From NCBI GenBank assembly GCA_964057225.1, contig OZ059894.1:1612001-1676000 (forward strand): a DNA stretch of 64,000 nt, written 5' to 3'. Made by a program: the position numbers and the translations under genes. The notes beneath the pieces were generated by a model. The model ran no database searches, was not told the DNA's origin, and saw nothing but the letters and a program-made list of their open reading frames with translations. Every line of letters starts with the position of its first letter. Position 1 is the first letter of the stretch. Source of the stretch: Auanema rhodensis (Eukaryota > Animalia > Nematoda). This document shows, one piece after another, positions 37,701 to 53,000 of the stretch.

Positions 37701-40700
37701 AGTATATGTTTTTAGATTCCTTTTTTCAAGGCAAAGACGATGGACAATGTTATTCAACGAAAAAATTAATTCTTCAGGGTGAAAATCGAGGATATAAGTG
37801 TGAACTTATATCAGTTGATATCTCGGTGCATTTTTAAGCTAGCGCAAATCTGATAACACAGATCGACGCAGCTTGAAAATCCGCATCGAATGCACTATAC
37901 TACATTGAGGAACGCTTAATACAAAAATTAGTTATGATCGTTTGAAAAATGATGCATTAGTGTATGTTGAGTTTCCATGTACACTCAACATAGCTTCCAA
38001 AAACATTTTGACAAAAATTTTTTCGAAAAATTTCAAAATAATTTAGCAGAAAGTAGATGTTTTTAGATTCCTTTTTTTAAGGCAAAGACGATGGACAATG
38101 TTATTCAACGAAAAAATTAATTCTTCAGGGTGAAAATCGAGGATATAAGTGTGAACTTATATCAGTTGATATCTCGGTGCATTTTTAAGCTAGCGCAAAT
38201 CGGATAACACAGATCGACGCAGCTTGAAAATCCGCATCGAATGCACTATACTACTTTGAGAAACGCTTAATACAAAAATCAGTTATGATCGTTTGAAAAA
38301 TGATGCATTAGTGTATGTTGAGTTTCCATGTACACTCAACATTGCTTCCAAAAACATTTTGACAAAAATTTTTTCGAAAAATTTCAAAATAATTTAGCAA
38401 AAAGTAGATGTTTTTAGATTCCTTTTTTCAAGGCGAAGACGATGGACAATGTTATTCAACGAAAAAATTAATTCTTCAGGGTGAAAATCGAGGATATAAG
38501 TGTGAACTTATATCAGTTGATATCTCGGTGCATTTTTAAGCTAGCGCAAATCTGATAACACAGATCGACGCAGCTTGAAAATCCGCATCGAATGCACTAT
38601 ACTACTTTGAGAAACGCTTAATACAAAAATTAGTTATGATCGTTTGAAAAATGATGCATTAGTGTATGTTGAGTTTCCATGTACACTCAACATAGCTTCC
38701 AAAAACATTTTGACAAAATTTTTTTCGAAAAATTTCAAAATAATTTAGCAGAAAGTAGATGTTTTTAGATTCCTTTTTTTAAGGCAAAGACGACGGACAA
38801 TGTTATTCAACGAAAAAATTAATTCTTCAGGGTGAAAATCGAGGATATAAGTGTGAACTTATATCAGTTGATATCTCGGTGCATTTTTAAGCTAGCGCAA
38901 ATCTGATAACACAGATCGACGCAGCTTGAAAATCCGCATCGAATGCACTATACTACTTTGAGAAACGCTTGATACAAAAATTAGTTATGATCGTTTGAAA
39001 AATGATGCATTAGTGTATGTTGAGTTTCCATGTACACTCAACATAGCTTCCAAAAACATTTTGACAAAAATTTTTTCGAAAAATTTCAAAATAATTTAGC
39101 AGAAAGTAGATGTTTTTAGATTTCTTTTTTTAAGGCAAAGACGATAGACAATGTTATTCAACGAAAAAATTAATTCTTCAGGGTGAAAATCGAGGATATA
39201 AGTGTGAACTTATATCACTTGATATCTCGGTGCATTTTTAAGCTAGCGCAAATCTGATAACACAGATCGACGCAGCTTGAAAATCCGCATCGAATGCATT
39301 ATACTACTTTGAGAAACGCTTAATACAAAAATTAGTTATGATCGTTTGAAAAATGATGCATTAGTGTATGTTGAGTTTCCATGTACACTCAACATAGCTT
39401 CCAAAAACATTTTGACAAAATTTTTTTCGAAAAATTTCAAAATAATTTAGCAGAAAGTAGATGTTTTTAGATTCCTTTTTTTAAGGCAAAGACGACGGAC
39501 AATGTTATTCAACGAAAAAATTAATTCTTCAGGGTGAAAATCGAGGATATAAGTGTGAACTTATATCAGTTGATATCTCGGTGCATTTTTAAGCTAGCGC
39601 AAATCTGATAACACAGATCGACGCAGCTTGAAAATCCGCATCGAATGCACTATACTACTTTGAGAAACGCTTAATACAAAAATTAGTTATGATCGTTTGA
39701 AAAATGATGCATTAGTGTATGTTGAGTTTCCATGTACACTCAACATAGCTTCCAAAAACATTTTGACAAAAATTTTTTCGAAAAATTTCTAAATAATTTA
39801 GCAGAAAGTAGATGTTTTTAGATTCCTTTTTTTAAGGCAAAGACGATAGACAATGTTATTCAACGAAAAAATTAATTCTTCAGGGTGAAAATCGAGGATA
39901 TAAGTGTGAACTTATATCAGTTGATATCTCGGTGCATTTTTAAGCTAGCGCAAATCTGATAACACAGATCGACGCAGCTTGAAAATCCGCATCGAATGCA
40001 CTATACTACATTGAGGAACGCTTAATACAAAAATTAGTTATGATCGTTTGAAAAATGATGCATTAGTGTATGTTGAGTTTCCATGTACACTCAACATTGC
40101 TTCCAAAAACATTTTGACAAAAATTTTTTCGAAAAATTTCAGAATAATTTAGCAGAAAGTAGATGTTTTTAGATTCCTTTTTTCAAGGCAAAGACGATGG
40201 ACAATGTTATTCAACGAAAAAATTAATTCTTCAGGGTGAAAATCGAGGATATAAGTGTGAACTTATATCAGTTGATATCTCGGTGCATTTTTAAGCTAGC
40301 GCAAATCTGATAACACAGATCGACGCAGCTTGAAAATCCGCATCGAATGCACTATACTACATTGAGGAACGCTTAATACAAAAATTAGTTATGATCGTTT
40401 GAAAAATGATGCATTAGTGTATGTTGAGTTTCCATGTACACTCAACATTGCTTCCAAAAACATTTTGACAAAAATTTTTTCGAAAAATTTCAGAATAATT
40501 TAGCAGAAAGTAGATGTTTTTAGATTCCTTTTTTCAAGGCAAAGACGATGGACAATGTTATTCAACGAAAAAATTAATTCTTCAGGGTGAAAATCGAGGA
40601 TATAAGTGTGAACTTATATCAGTTGATATCTCGGTGCATTTTTAAGCTAGCGCAAATCTGATAACACAGATCGACGCAGCTTGAAAATCCGCATCGAATG

Positions 40701-43700
40701 CACTATACTACTTTGAGAAACGCTTAATACAAAAATTAGTTATGATCGTTTGAAAAATGATGCATTAGTGTATGTTGAGTTTCCATGTACACTCAACATA
40801 GCTTCCAAAAACATTTTGACAAAAATTTTTTCGAAAAATTTCAGAATAATTTAGCAAAAAGTAGATGTTTTTAGATTTCTTTTTTTAAGGCAAAGACGAT
40901 GGACAATGTTATTCAACGAAAAAATTAATTCTTCAGGGTGAAAATCGAGGATATAAGTGTGAACTTATATCAGTTGATATCTCGGTGCATTTTTAAGCTA
41001 GCGCAAATCTGATAACACAGATCGACGCAGCTTGAAAATCCGCATCGAATGCACTATACTACTTTGAGAAACGCTTAATACAAAAATTAGTTATGATCGT
41101 TTGAAAAATGATGCATTAGTGTATGTTGAGTTTCCATGTACACTCAACATTGCTTCCAAAAACATTTTGACAAAAATTTTTTCGAAAAATTTCAAATTAA
41201 TTTAGCAGAATGTATATGTTTTTAGATTCCTTTTTTCAATGCAAAGACGATGGACAATGTTATTCAACGAAAAAATTAATTCTTCAGGGTGAAAATCGAG
41301 GATATAAGTGTGAACTTATATCAGTTGATATCTCGGTGCATTTTTAAGCTAGCGCAAATCTGATAACACAGATCGACGCAGCTTGAAAATCCGCATCGAA
41401 TGCACTATACTACATTGAGGAACGCTTAATACAAAAATTAGTTATGATCGTTTGAAAAATGATGCATTAGTGTATGTTGAGTTTCCATGTACACTCAACA
41501 TAGCTTCCAAAAACATTTTGACAAAAATTTTTTCGAAAAATTTCAGAATAATTTAGCAAAAAGTAGATGTTTTTAGATTTCTTTTTTTGAGGCAAAGACG
41601 ATGGACAATGTTATTCAACGAAAAAATTAATTCTTCAGGGTGAAAATCGAGGATATAAGTGTGAACTTATATCAGTTGATATCTCGGTGCATTTTTAAGC
41701 TAGCGCAAATCTGATAACACAGATCGACGCAGCTTAAAAATCCGCATCGAATGCACTATACTACATTGAGGAACGCTTAATACAAAAATTAGTTATGATC
41801 GTTTGAAAAATGATGCATTAGTGTATGTTGAGTTTCCATGTACACTCAACATTGCTTCCAAAAACATTTTGACAAAAATTTTTTCGAAAAATTTCAAATT
41901 AATTTAGCAGAATGTATATGTTTTTAGATTCCTTTTTTCAAGGCAAAGACGATGGACAATGTTATTCAACGAAAAAATTAATTCTTCAGGGTGAAAATCG
42001 AGGATATAAGTGTGAACTTATATCAGTTGATATCTCGGTGCATTTTTAAGCTAGCGCAAATCTGATAACACAGATCGACGCAGCTTGAAAATCCGCATCG
42101 AATGCACTATACTACTTTGAGAAACGCTTAATACAAAAATTAGTTATGATCGTTTGAAAAATGATGCATTAGTGTATGTTGAGTTTCCATGTACACTCAA
42201 CATTGCTTCCAAAAACATTTTGACAAAAATTTTTTCGAAAAATTTCAAATCAATTTAGCAGAAAGTATATGTTTTTAGATTCCTTTTTTCAAGGCAAAGA
42301 CGATGGACAATGTTAGTCAACGAAAAAATTAATTCTTCAGGGTGAAAATCGAGGATATAAGTGTGAACTTATATCAGTTGATATCTCGGTGCATTTTTAA
42401 GCTAGCGCAAATCTGATAACACAGATCGACGCAGCTTAAAAATCCGCATCGAATGCACTATACTACATTGAGGAACGCTTAATACAAAAATTAGTTATGA
42501 TCGTTTGAAAAATGATGCATTAGTGTATGTTGAGTTTCCATGTACACTCAACATTGCTTCCAAAAACATTTTGACAAAAATTTTTTCGAAAAATTTCAAA
42601 ATAATTTAGCAAAAAGTAGATGTTTTTAGATTCCTTTTTTCAAGGCAAAGACGATGGACAATGTTATTCAACGGAAAAATTAATTCTTCAGGGTGAAAAT
42701 CGAGGATATAAGTGTGAACTTATATCAGTTGATATCTCGGTGCATTTTTAAGCTAGCGCAAATCTGATAACACAGATCGACGCAGCTTGAAAATCCGCAT
42801 CGAATGCACTATACTACTTTGAGAAACGCTTAATACAAAAATTAGTTATGATCGTTTGAAAAATGATGCATTAGTGTATGTTGAGTTTCCATGTACACTC
42901 AACATTGCTTCCAAAAACATTTTGACAAAAATTTTTTCGAAAAATTTCAAATCAATTTAGCAGAAAGTATATGTTTTTAGATTCCTTTTTTCAAGGCAAA
43001 GACGATGGACAATGTTAGTCAACGAAAAAATTAATTCTTCAGGGTGAAAATCGAGGATATAAGTGTGAACTTATATCAGTTGATATCTCGGTGCATTTTT
43101 AAGCTAGCGCAAATCTGATAACACAGATCGGCGCAGCTTAAAAATCCGCATCGAATGCACTATACTACATTGAGGAACGCTTAATACAAAAATTAGTTAT
43201 GATCGTTTGAAAAATGATGCATTAGTGTATGTTGAGTTTCCATGTACACTCAACATTGCTTCCAAAAACATTTTGACAAAAATTTTTTCGAAAAATTTCA
43301 AAATAATTTAGCAAAAAGTAGATGTTTTTAGATTCCTTTTTTCAAGGCAAAGACGATGGACAATGTTATTCAACGGAAAAATTAATTCTTCAGGGTGAAA
43401 ATCGAGGATATAAGTGTGAACTTATATCAGTTGATATCTCGGTGCATTTTTAAGCTAGCGCAAATCTGATAACACAGATCGACGCAGCTTGAAAATCCGC
43501 ATCGAATGCACTATACTACTTTGAGAAACGCTTAATACAAAAATTAGTTATGATCGTTTGAAAAATGATGCATTAGTGTATGTTGAGTTTCCATGTACAC
43601 TCAACATTGCTTCCAAAAACATTTTGACAAAAATTTTTTCGAAAAATTTCAAAATAATTTAGCAAAAAGTAGATGTTTTTAGATTCCTTTTTTCAAGGCA

Positions 43701-46700
43701 AAGACGATGGACAATGTTATTCAACGAAAAAATTAATTCTTCAGGGTGAAAATCGAGGATATAAGTGTGAACTTATATCAGTTGATATCTCGGTGCATTT
43801 TTAAGCTAGCGCAAATCTGATAACACAGATCGACGCAGCTTGAAAATCCGCATCGAATGCACTATACTACATTGAGAAACGCTTAATACAAAAATTAGTT
43901 ATGATCGTTTGAAAAATGATGCATTAGTGTATGTTGAGTTTCCATGTACACTCAACATAGCTTCCAAAAACATTTTGACAAAAATTTTTTCGAAAAATTT
44001 CAGAATAATTTAGCAAAAAGTAGATGTTTTTAGATTTCTTTTTTTAAGGCAAAGACGATGGACAATGTTATTCAACGAAAAAATTAATTCTTCAGGGTGA
44101 AAATCGAGGATATAAGTGTGAACTTATATCAGTTGATATCTCGGTGCATTTTTAAGCTAGCGCAAATCTGATAACACAGATCGACGCAACTTGAAAATCC
44201 GCATCGAATGCACTATACTACTTTGAGAAACGCTTAATACAAAAATTAGTTATGATCGTTTGAAAAATGATGCATTAGTGTATGTTGAGTTTCCATGTAC
44301 ACTCAACATTGCTTCCAAAAACATTTTGACAAAAATTTTTTCGAAAAATTTCAAAATAATTTAGCAAAAAGTAGATGTTTTTAGATTCCTTTTTTCAAGG
44401 CAAAGACGATGGACAATGTTATTCAACGAAAAAATTAATTCTTCAGGGTGAAAATCGAGGATATAAGTGTGAACTTATATCAGTTGATATCTCGGTGCAT
44501 TTTTAAGCTAGCGCAAATCTGATAACACAGATCGACGCAGCTTGAAAATCCGCATCGAATGCACTATACTACATTGAGAAACGCTTAATACAAAAATTAG
44601 TTATGATCGTTTGAAAAATGATGCATTAGTGTATGTTGAGTTTCCATGTACACTCAACATTGCTTCCAAAAACATTTTGACAAAAATTTTTTCGAAAAAT
44701 TTCAAATTAATTTAGCAGAAAGTATATGTTTTTAGATTCCTTTTTTCAAGGCAAAGACGATGGACAATGTTATTCAACGAAAAAATTAATTCTTCAGGGT
44801 GAAAATCGAGGATATAAGTGTGAACTTATATCAGTTGATATCTCGGTGCATTTTTAAGCTAGCGCAAATCTGATAACACAGATCGACGCAGCTTGAAAAT
44901 CCGCATCGAATGCACTATACTACATTGAGAAACGCTTAATACAAAAATTAGTTATGATCGTTTGAAAAATGATGCATTAGTGTATGTTGAGTTTCCATGT
45001 ACACTCAACATTGCTTCCAAAAACATTTTGACAAAAATTTTTTCGAAAAATTTCAAATTAATTTAGCAGAAAGTATATGTTTTTAGATTCCTTTTTTCAA
45101 GGCAAAGACGATGGACAATGTTATTCAACGAAAAAATTAATTCTTCAGGGTGAAAATCGAGGATATAAGTGTGAACTTATATCAGTTGATATCTCGGTGC
45201 ATTTTTAAGCTAGCGCAAATCTGATAACACAGATCGACGCAGCTTGAAAATCCGCATCGAATGCACTATACTACTTTGAGAAACGCTTAATACAAGAATT
45301 AGTTATGATCGTTTGAAAAATGATGCATTAGTGTATGTTGAGTTTCCATGTACACTCAACATTGCTTCCAAAAACATTTTGACAAAAATTTTTTCGAAAA
45401 ATTTCAAATTAATTTAGCAGAAAGTAAATGTTTTTAGATTCCTTTTTTCAAGGCAAAGACGATGGACAATGTTATTCAACGAAAAAATTAATTCTTCAGG
45501 GTGAAAATCGAGGATATAAGTGTGAACTTATATCAGTTGATATCTCGGTGCATTTTTAAGCTAGCGCAAATCTGATAACACAGATCGACGCAGCTTGAAA
45601 ATCCGCATCGAATGCACTATACTACATTGAGGAACGCTTAATACAAAAATTAGTTATGATCGTTTGAAAAATGATGCATTAGTGTATGTTGAGTTTCCAT
45701 GTACACTCAACATAGCTTCCAAAAACATTTTGACAAAAATTTTTTCGAAAAATTTCAAAATAATTTAGCAGAAAGTAGATGTTTTTAGATTCCTTTTTTT
45801 AAGGCAAAGACGATGGACAATGTTATTCAACGAAAAAATTAATTCTTCAGGGTGAAAATCGAGGATATAAGTGTGAACTTATATCAGTTGATATCTCGGT
45901 GCATTTTTAAGCTAGCGCAAATCTGATAACACAGATCGACGCAGCTTGAAAATCCGCATCGAATGCACTATACTACTTTGAGAAACGCTTAATACAAAAA
46001 TCAGTTATGATCGTTTGAAAAATGATGCATTAGTGTATGTTGAGTTTCCATGTACACTCAACATTGCTTCCAAAAACATTTTGACAAAAATTTTTTCGAA
46101 AAATTTCAAAATAATTTAGCAAAAAGTAGATGTTTTCAGATTCCTTTTTTCAAGGCGAAGACGATGGACAATGTTATTCAACGAAAAAATTAATTCTTCA
46201 GGGTGAAAATCGAGGATATAAGTGTGAACTTATATCAGTTGATATCTCGGTGCATTTTTAAGCTAGCGCAAATCTGATAACACAGATCGACGCAGCTTGA
46301 AAATCCGCATCGAATGCACTATACTACATTGAGGAACGCTTAATACAAAAATTAGTTATGATCGTTTGAAAAATGATGCATTAGTGTATGTTGAGTTTCC
46401 ATGTACACTCAACATAGCTTCCAAAAACATTTTGACAAAAATTTTTTCGAAAAATTTCAAAATAATTTAGCAGAAAGTAGATGTTTTTAGATTCCTTTTT
46501 TTAAGGCAAAGACGATGGACAATGTTATTCAACGAAAAAATTAATTCTTCAGGGTGAAAATCGAGGATATAAGTGTGAACTTATATCAGTTGATATCTCG
46601 GTGCATTTTTAAGCTAGCGCAAATCTGATAACACAGATCGACGCAGCTTGAAAATCCGCATCGAATGCACTATACTACTTTGAGAAACGCTTAATACAAA

Positions 46701-47039
46701 AATCAGTTATGATCGTTTGAAAAATGATGCATTAGTGTATGTTGAGTTTCCATGTACACTCAACATTGCTTCCAAAAACATTTTGACAAAAATTTTTTCG
46801 AAAAATTTCAAAATAATTTAGCAAAAAGTAGATGTTTTTAGATTCCTTTTTTCAAGGCGAAGACGATGGACAATGTTATTCAACGAAAAAATTAATTCTT
46901 CAGGGTGAAAATCGAGGATATAAGTGTGAACTTATATCAGTTGATATCTCGGTGCATTTTTAAGCTAGCGCAAATCTGATAACACAGATCGACGCAGCTT
47001 GAAAATCCGCATCGAATGCACTATACTACTTTGAGAAAC

Positions 47040-50000
47040 GCTTAATACAAAAATTAGTTATGATCGTTTGAAAAATGATGCATTAGTGTATGTTGAGTTT
47101 CCATGTACACTCAACATAGCTTCCAAAAACATTTTGACAAAATTTTTTTCGAAAAATTTCAAAATAATTTAGCAGAAAGTAGATGTTTTTAGATTCCTTT
47201 TTTTAAGGCAAAGACGATGGACAATGTTATTCAACGAAAAAATTAATTCTTCAGGGTGAAAATCGAGGATATAAGTGTGAACTTATATCAGTTGATATCT
47301 CGGTGCATTTTTAAGCTAGCGCAAATCTGATAACACAGATCGACGCAGCTTGAAAATCCGCATCGAATGCACTATACTACTTTGAGAAACGCTTAATACA
47401 AAAATTAGTTATGATCGTTTGAAAAATGATGCATTAGTGTATGTTGAGTTTCCATGTACACTCAACATAGCTTCCAAAAACATTTTGACAAAAATTTTTT
47501 CGAAAAATTTCAAAATAATTTAGCAGAAAGTAGATGTTTTTAGATTCCTTTTTTTAAGGCAAAGACGATAGACAATGTTATTCAACGAAAAAATTAATTC
47601 TTCAGGGTGAAAATCGAGGATATAAGTGTGAACTTATATCACTTGATATCTCGGTGCATTTTTAAGCTAGCGCAAATCTGATAACACAGATCGACGCAGC
47701 TTGAAAATCCGCATCGAATGCATTATACTACTTTAAGAAACGCTTAATACAAAAATTAGTTATGATCGTTTGAAAAATGATGCATTAGTGTATGTTGAGT
47801 TTCCATGTACACTCAACATAGCTTCCAAAAACATTTTGACAAAATTTTTTTCGAAAAATTTCAAGATAATTTAGCAGAAAGTAGATGTTTTTAGATTCCT
47901 TTTTTTAAGGCAAAGACGACGGACAATGTTATTCAACGAAAAAATTAATTCTTCAGGGTGAAAATCGAGGATATAAGTGTGAACTTATATCAGTTGATAT
48001 CTCGGTGCATTTTTAAGCTAGCGCAAATCTGATAACACAGATCGACGCAGCTTGAAAATCCGCATCGAATGCACTATACTACTTTGAGAAACGCTTAATA
48101 CAAAAATTAGTTATGATCGTTTGAAAAATGATGCATTAGTGTATGTTGAGTTTCCATGTACACTCAACATAGCTTCCAAAAACATTTTGACAAAAATTTT
48201 TTCGAAAAATTTCTAAATAATTTAGCAAAAAGTAGATGTTTTTAGATTCCTTTTTTTAAGGCAAAGACGATAGACAATGTTATTCAACGAAAAAATTAAT
48301 TCTTCAGGGTGAAAATCGAGGATATAAGTGTGAACTTATATCAGTTGATATCTCGGTGCATTTTTAAGCTAGCGCAAATCTGATAACACAGATCGACGCA
48401 GCTTGAAAATCCGCATCGAATGCACTATACTACTTTGAGAAACGCTTAATACAAAAATTAGTTATGATCGTTTGAAAAATGATGCATTAGTGTATGTTGA
48501 GTTTCCATGTACACTCAACATAGCTTCCAAAAACATTTTGACAAAAATTTTTTCGAAAAATTTCAAAATAATTTAGCAGAAAGTAGATGTTTTTAGATTC
48601 CTTTTTTTAAGGCAAAGACGATAGACAATGTTATTCAACGAAAAAATTAATTCTTCAGGGTGAAAATCGAGGATATAAGTGTGAACTTATATCACTTGAT
48701 ATCTCGGTGCATTTTTAAGCTAGCGCAAATCTGATAACACAGATCGACGCAGCTTGAAAATCCGCATCGAATGCACTATACTACTTTGAGAAACGCTTAA
48801 TACAAAAATTAGTTATGATCGTTTGAAAAATGATGCATTAGTGTATGTTGAGTTTCCATGTACACTCAACATAGCTTCCAAAAACATTTTGACAAAATTT
48901 TTTTCGAAAAATTTCAAAATAATTTAGCAGAAAGTAGATGTTTTTAGATTCCTTTTTTTAAGGCAATGACGACGGACAATGTTATTCAACGAAAAAATTA
49001 ATTCTTCAGGGTGAAAATCGAGGATATAAGTGTGAACTTATATCAGTTGATATCTCGGTGCATTTTTAAGCTAGCGCAAATCTGATAACACAGATCGACG
49101 CAGCTTGAAAATCCGCATCGAATGCACTATACTACTTTGAGAAACGCTTAATACAAAAATTAGTTATGATCGTTTGAAAAATGATGCATTAGTGTATGTT
49201 GAGTTTCCATGTACACTCAACATAGCATCCAAAAACATTTTGACAAAAATTTTTTCGAAAAATTTCTAAATAATTTAGCAAAAAGTAGATGTTTTTAGAT
49301 TCCTTTTTTTAAGGCAAAGACGATAGACAATGTTATTCAACGAAAAAATTAATTCTTCAGGGTGAAAATCGAGGATATAAGTGTGAACTTATATCAGTTG
49401 ATATCTCGGTGCATTTTTAAGCTAGCGCAAATCTGATAACACAGATCGACGCAGCTTGAAAATCCGCATCGAATGCATTATATTACTTTGAGAAACGCTT
49501 AATACAAAAATTAGTTATGGTCGTTTGAAAAATGATGCATTAGTGTATGTTGAGTTTCCATGTACACTCAACATAGCTTCCAAAAACATTTTGACAAAAA
49601 TTTTTTCGAAAAATTTCAAAATAATTTAGCAGAAAGTAGATGTTTTTAGATTCCTTTTTTTAAGGCGAAGACGATGGACATTGTTATTCAACGAAAAAAT
49701 TAATTCTTCAGGGTGAAAATCGAGGATATAAGTGTGAACTTATATCAGTTGATATCTCGGTGCATTTTTAAGCTAGCGCAAATCTGATAACACAGATCGA
49801 CGCAGCTTGAAAATCCGCATCGAATGCACTATACTACATTGAGAAACGCTTAATACAAAAATTAGTTATGATCGTTTGAAAAATGATGCATTAGTGTATG
49901 TTGAGTTTCCATGTACACTCAACATAGCTTCCAAAAACATTTTGACAAAAATTTTTTCGAAAAATTTCAAAATAATTTAGCAGAAAGTAGATGTTTTTAG

Positions 50001-53000
50001 ATTCCTTTTTTTAAGGCAAAGACGATGGACAATGTTATTCAACGAAAAAATTAATTCTTCAGGGTGAAAATCGAGGATATAAGTGTGAACTTATATCAGT
50101 TGATATCTCGGTGCATTTTTAAGCTAGCGCAAATCTGATAACACAGATCGACGCAGCTTGAAAATCCGCATCGAATGCACTATACTACTTTGAGAAACGC
50201 TTAATACAAAAATTAGTTATGATCGTTTGAAAAATGATGCATTAGTGTATGTTGAGTTTCCATGTACACTCAACATAGCTTCCAAAAACATTTTGACAAA
50301 AATTTTTTCGAAAAATTTCTAAATAATTTAGCAAAAAGTAGATGTTTTTAGATTCCTTTTTTTAAGGCAAAGACGATAGACAATGTTATTCAACGAAAAA
50401 ATTAATTCTTCAGGGTGAAAATCGAGGATATAAGTGTGAACTTATATCAGTTGATATCTCGGTGCATTTTTAAGCTAGCGCAAATCTGATAACACAGATC
50501 GACGCAGCTTGAAAATCCGCATCGAATGCACTATACTACATTGAGGAACGCTTAATACAAAAATTAGTTATGATCGTTTGAAAAATGATGCATTAGTGTA
50601 TGTTGAGTTTCCATGTACACTCAACATAGCTTCCAAAAACATTTTGACAAAATTTTTTTCGAAAAATTTCAAAATAATTTAGCAAAAAGTAGATGTTTTT
50701 AGATTCCTTTTTTTAAGGCAAAGACGATGGACAATGTTATTCAACGAAAAAATTAATTCTTCAGGGTGAAAATCGAGGATATAAGTGTGAACTTATATCA
50801 GTTGATATCTCGGTGCATTTTTAAGCTAGCGCAAATCTGATAACACAGATCGACGCAGCTTGAAAATCCGCATCGAATGCACTATACTACATTGAGGAAC
50901 GCTTAATACAAAAATTAGTTATGATCGTTTGAAAAATGATGCATTAGTGTATGTTGAGTTTCCATGTACACTCAACATAGCTTCCAAAAACATTTTGACA
51001 AAATTTTTTTCGAAAAATTTCAAAATAATTTAGCAGAAAGTAGATGTTTTTAGATTCCTTTTTTTAAGGCAAAGACGATGGACAATGTTATTCAACGAAA
51101 AAATTAATTCTTCAGGGTGAAAATCGAGGATATAAGTGTGAACTTATATCAGTTGATATCTCGGTGCATTTTTAAGCTAGCGCAAATCTGATAACACAGA
51201 TCGACGCAGCTTGAAAATCCGCATCGAATGCACTATACTACTTTGAGAAACGCTTAATACAAAAATTAGTTATGATCGTTTGAAAAATGATGCATTAGTG
51301 TATGTTGAGTTTCCATGTACACTCAACATAGCTTCCAAAAACATTTTGACAAAAATTTTTTCGAAAAATTTCAAAATAATTTAGCAGAAAGTAGATGTTT
51401 TTAGATTCCTTTTTTTAAGGCAAAGACGATAGACAATGTTATTCAACGAAAAAATTAATTCTTCAGGGTGAAAATCGAGGATATAAGTGTGAACTTATAT
51501 CACTTGATATCTCGGTGCATTTTTAAGCTAGCGCAAATCTGATAACACAGATCGACGCAGCTTGAAAATCCGCATCGAATGCATTATACTACTTTAAGAA
51601 ACGCTTAATACAAAAATTAGTTATGATCGTTTGAAAAATGATGCATTAGTGTATGTTGAGTTTCCATGTACACTCAACATAGCTTCCAAAAACATTTTGA
51701 CAAAATTTTTTTCGAAAAATTTCAAAATAATTTAGCAGAAAGTAGATGTTTTTAGATTCCTTTTTTTAAGGCAAAGACGACGGACAATGTTATTCAACGA
51801 AAAAATTAATTCTTCAGGGTGAAAATCGAGGATATAAGTGTGAACTTATATCAGTTGATATCTCGGTGCATTTTTAAGCTAGCGCAAATCTGATAACACA
51901 GATCGACGCAGCTTGAAAATCCGCATCGAATGCACTATACTACTTTGAGAAACGCTTAATACAAAAATTAGTTATGATCGTTTGAAAAATGATGCATTAG
52001 TGTATGTTGAGTTTCCATGTACACTCAACATAGCTTCCAAAAACATTTTGACAAAAATTTTTTCGAAAAATTTCAAAATAATTTAGCAGAAAGTAGATGT
52101 TTTTAGATTTCTTTTTTTAAGGCAAAGACGATAGACAATGTTATTCAACGAAAAAATTAATTCTTCAGGGTGAAAATCGAGGATATAAGTGTGAACTTAT
52201 ATCACTTGATATCTCGGTGCATTTTTAAGCTAGCGCAAATCTGATAACACAGATCGACGCAGCTTGAAAATCCGCATCGAATGCACTATACTACTTTGAG
52301 AAACGCTTAATACAAAAATTAGTTATGATCGTTTGAAAAATGATGCATTAGTGTATGTTGAGTTTCCATGTACACTCAACATAGCTTCCAAAAACATTTT
52401 GACAAAATTTTTTTCGAAAAATTTCAAAATAATTTAGCAGAAAGTAGATGTTTTTAGATTCCTTTTTTTAAGGCAATGACGACGGACAATGTTATTCAAC
52501 GAAAAAATTAATTCTTCAGGGTGAAAATCGAGGATATAAGTGTGAACTTATATCAGTTGATATCTCGGTGCATTTTTAAGCTAGCGCAAATCTGATAACA
52601 CAGATCGACGCAGCTTGAAAATCCGCATCGAATGCACTATACTACTTTGAGAAACGCTTAATACAAAAATTAGTTATGATCGTTTGAAAAATGATGCATT
52701 AGTGTATGTTGAGTTTCCATGTACACTCAACATAGCATCCAAAAACATTTTGACAAAAATTTTTTCGAAAAATTTCTAAATAATTTAGCAAAAAGTAGAT
52801 GTTTTTAGATTCCTTTTTTTAAGGCAAAGACGATAGACAATGTTATTCAACGAAAAAATTAATTCTTCAGGGTGAAAATCGAGGATATAAGTGTGAACTT
52901 ATATCAGTTGATATCTCGGTGCATTTTTAAGCTAGCGCAAATCTGATAACACAGATCGACGCAGCTTGAAAATCCGCATCGAATGCATTATACTACTTTG

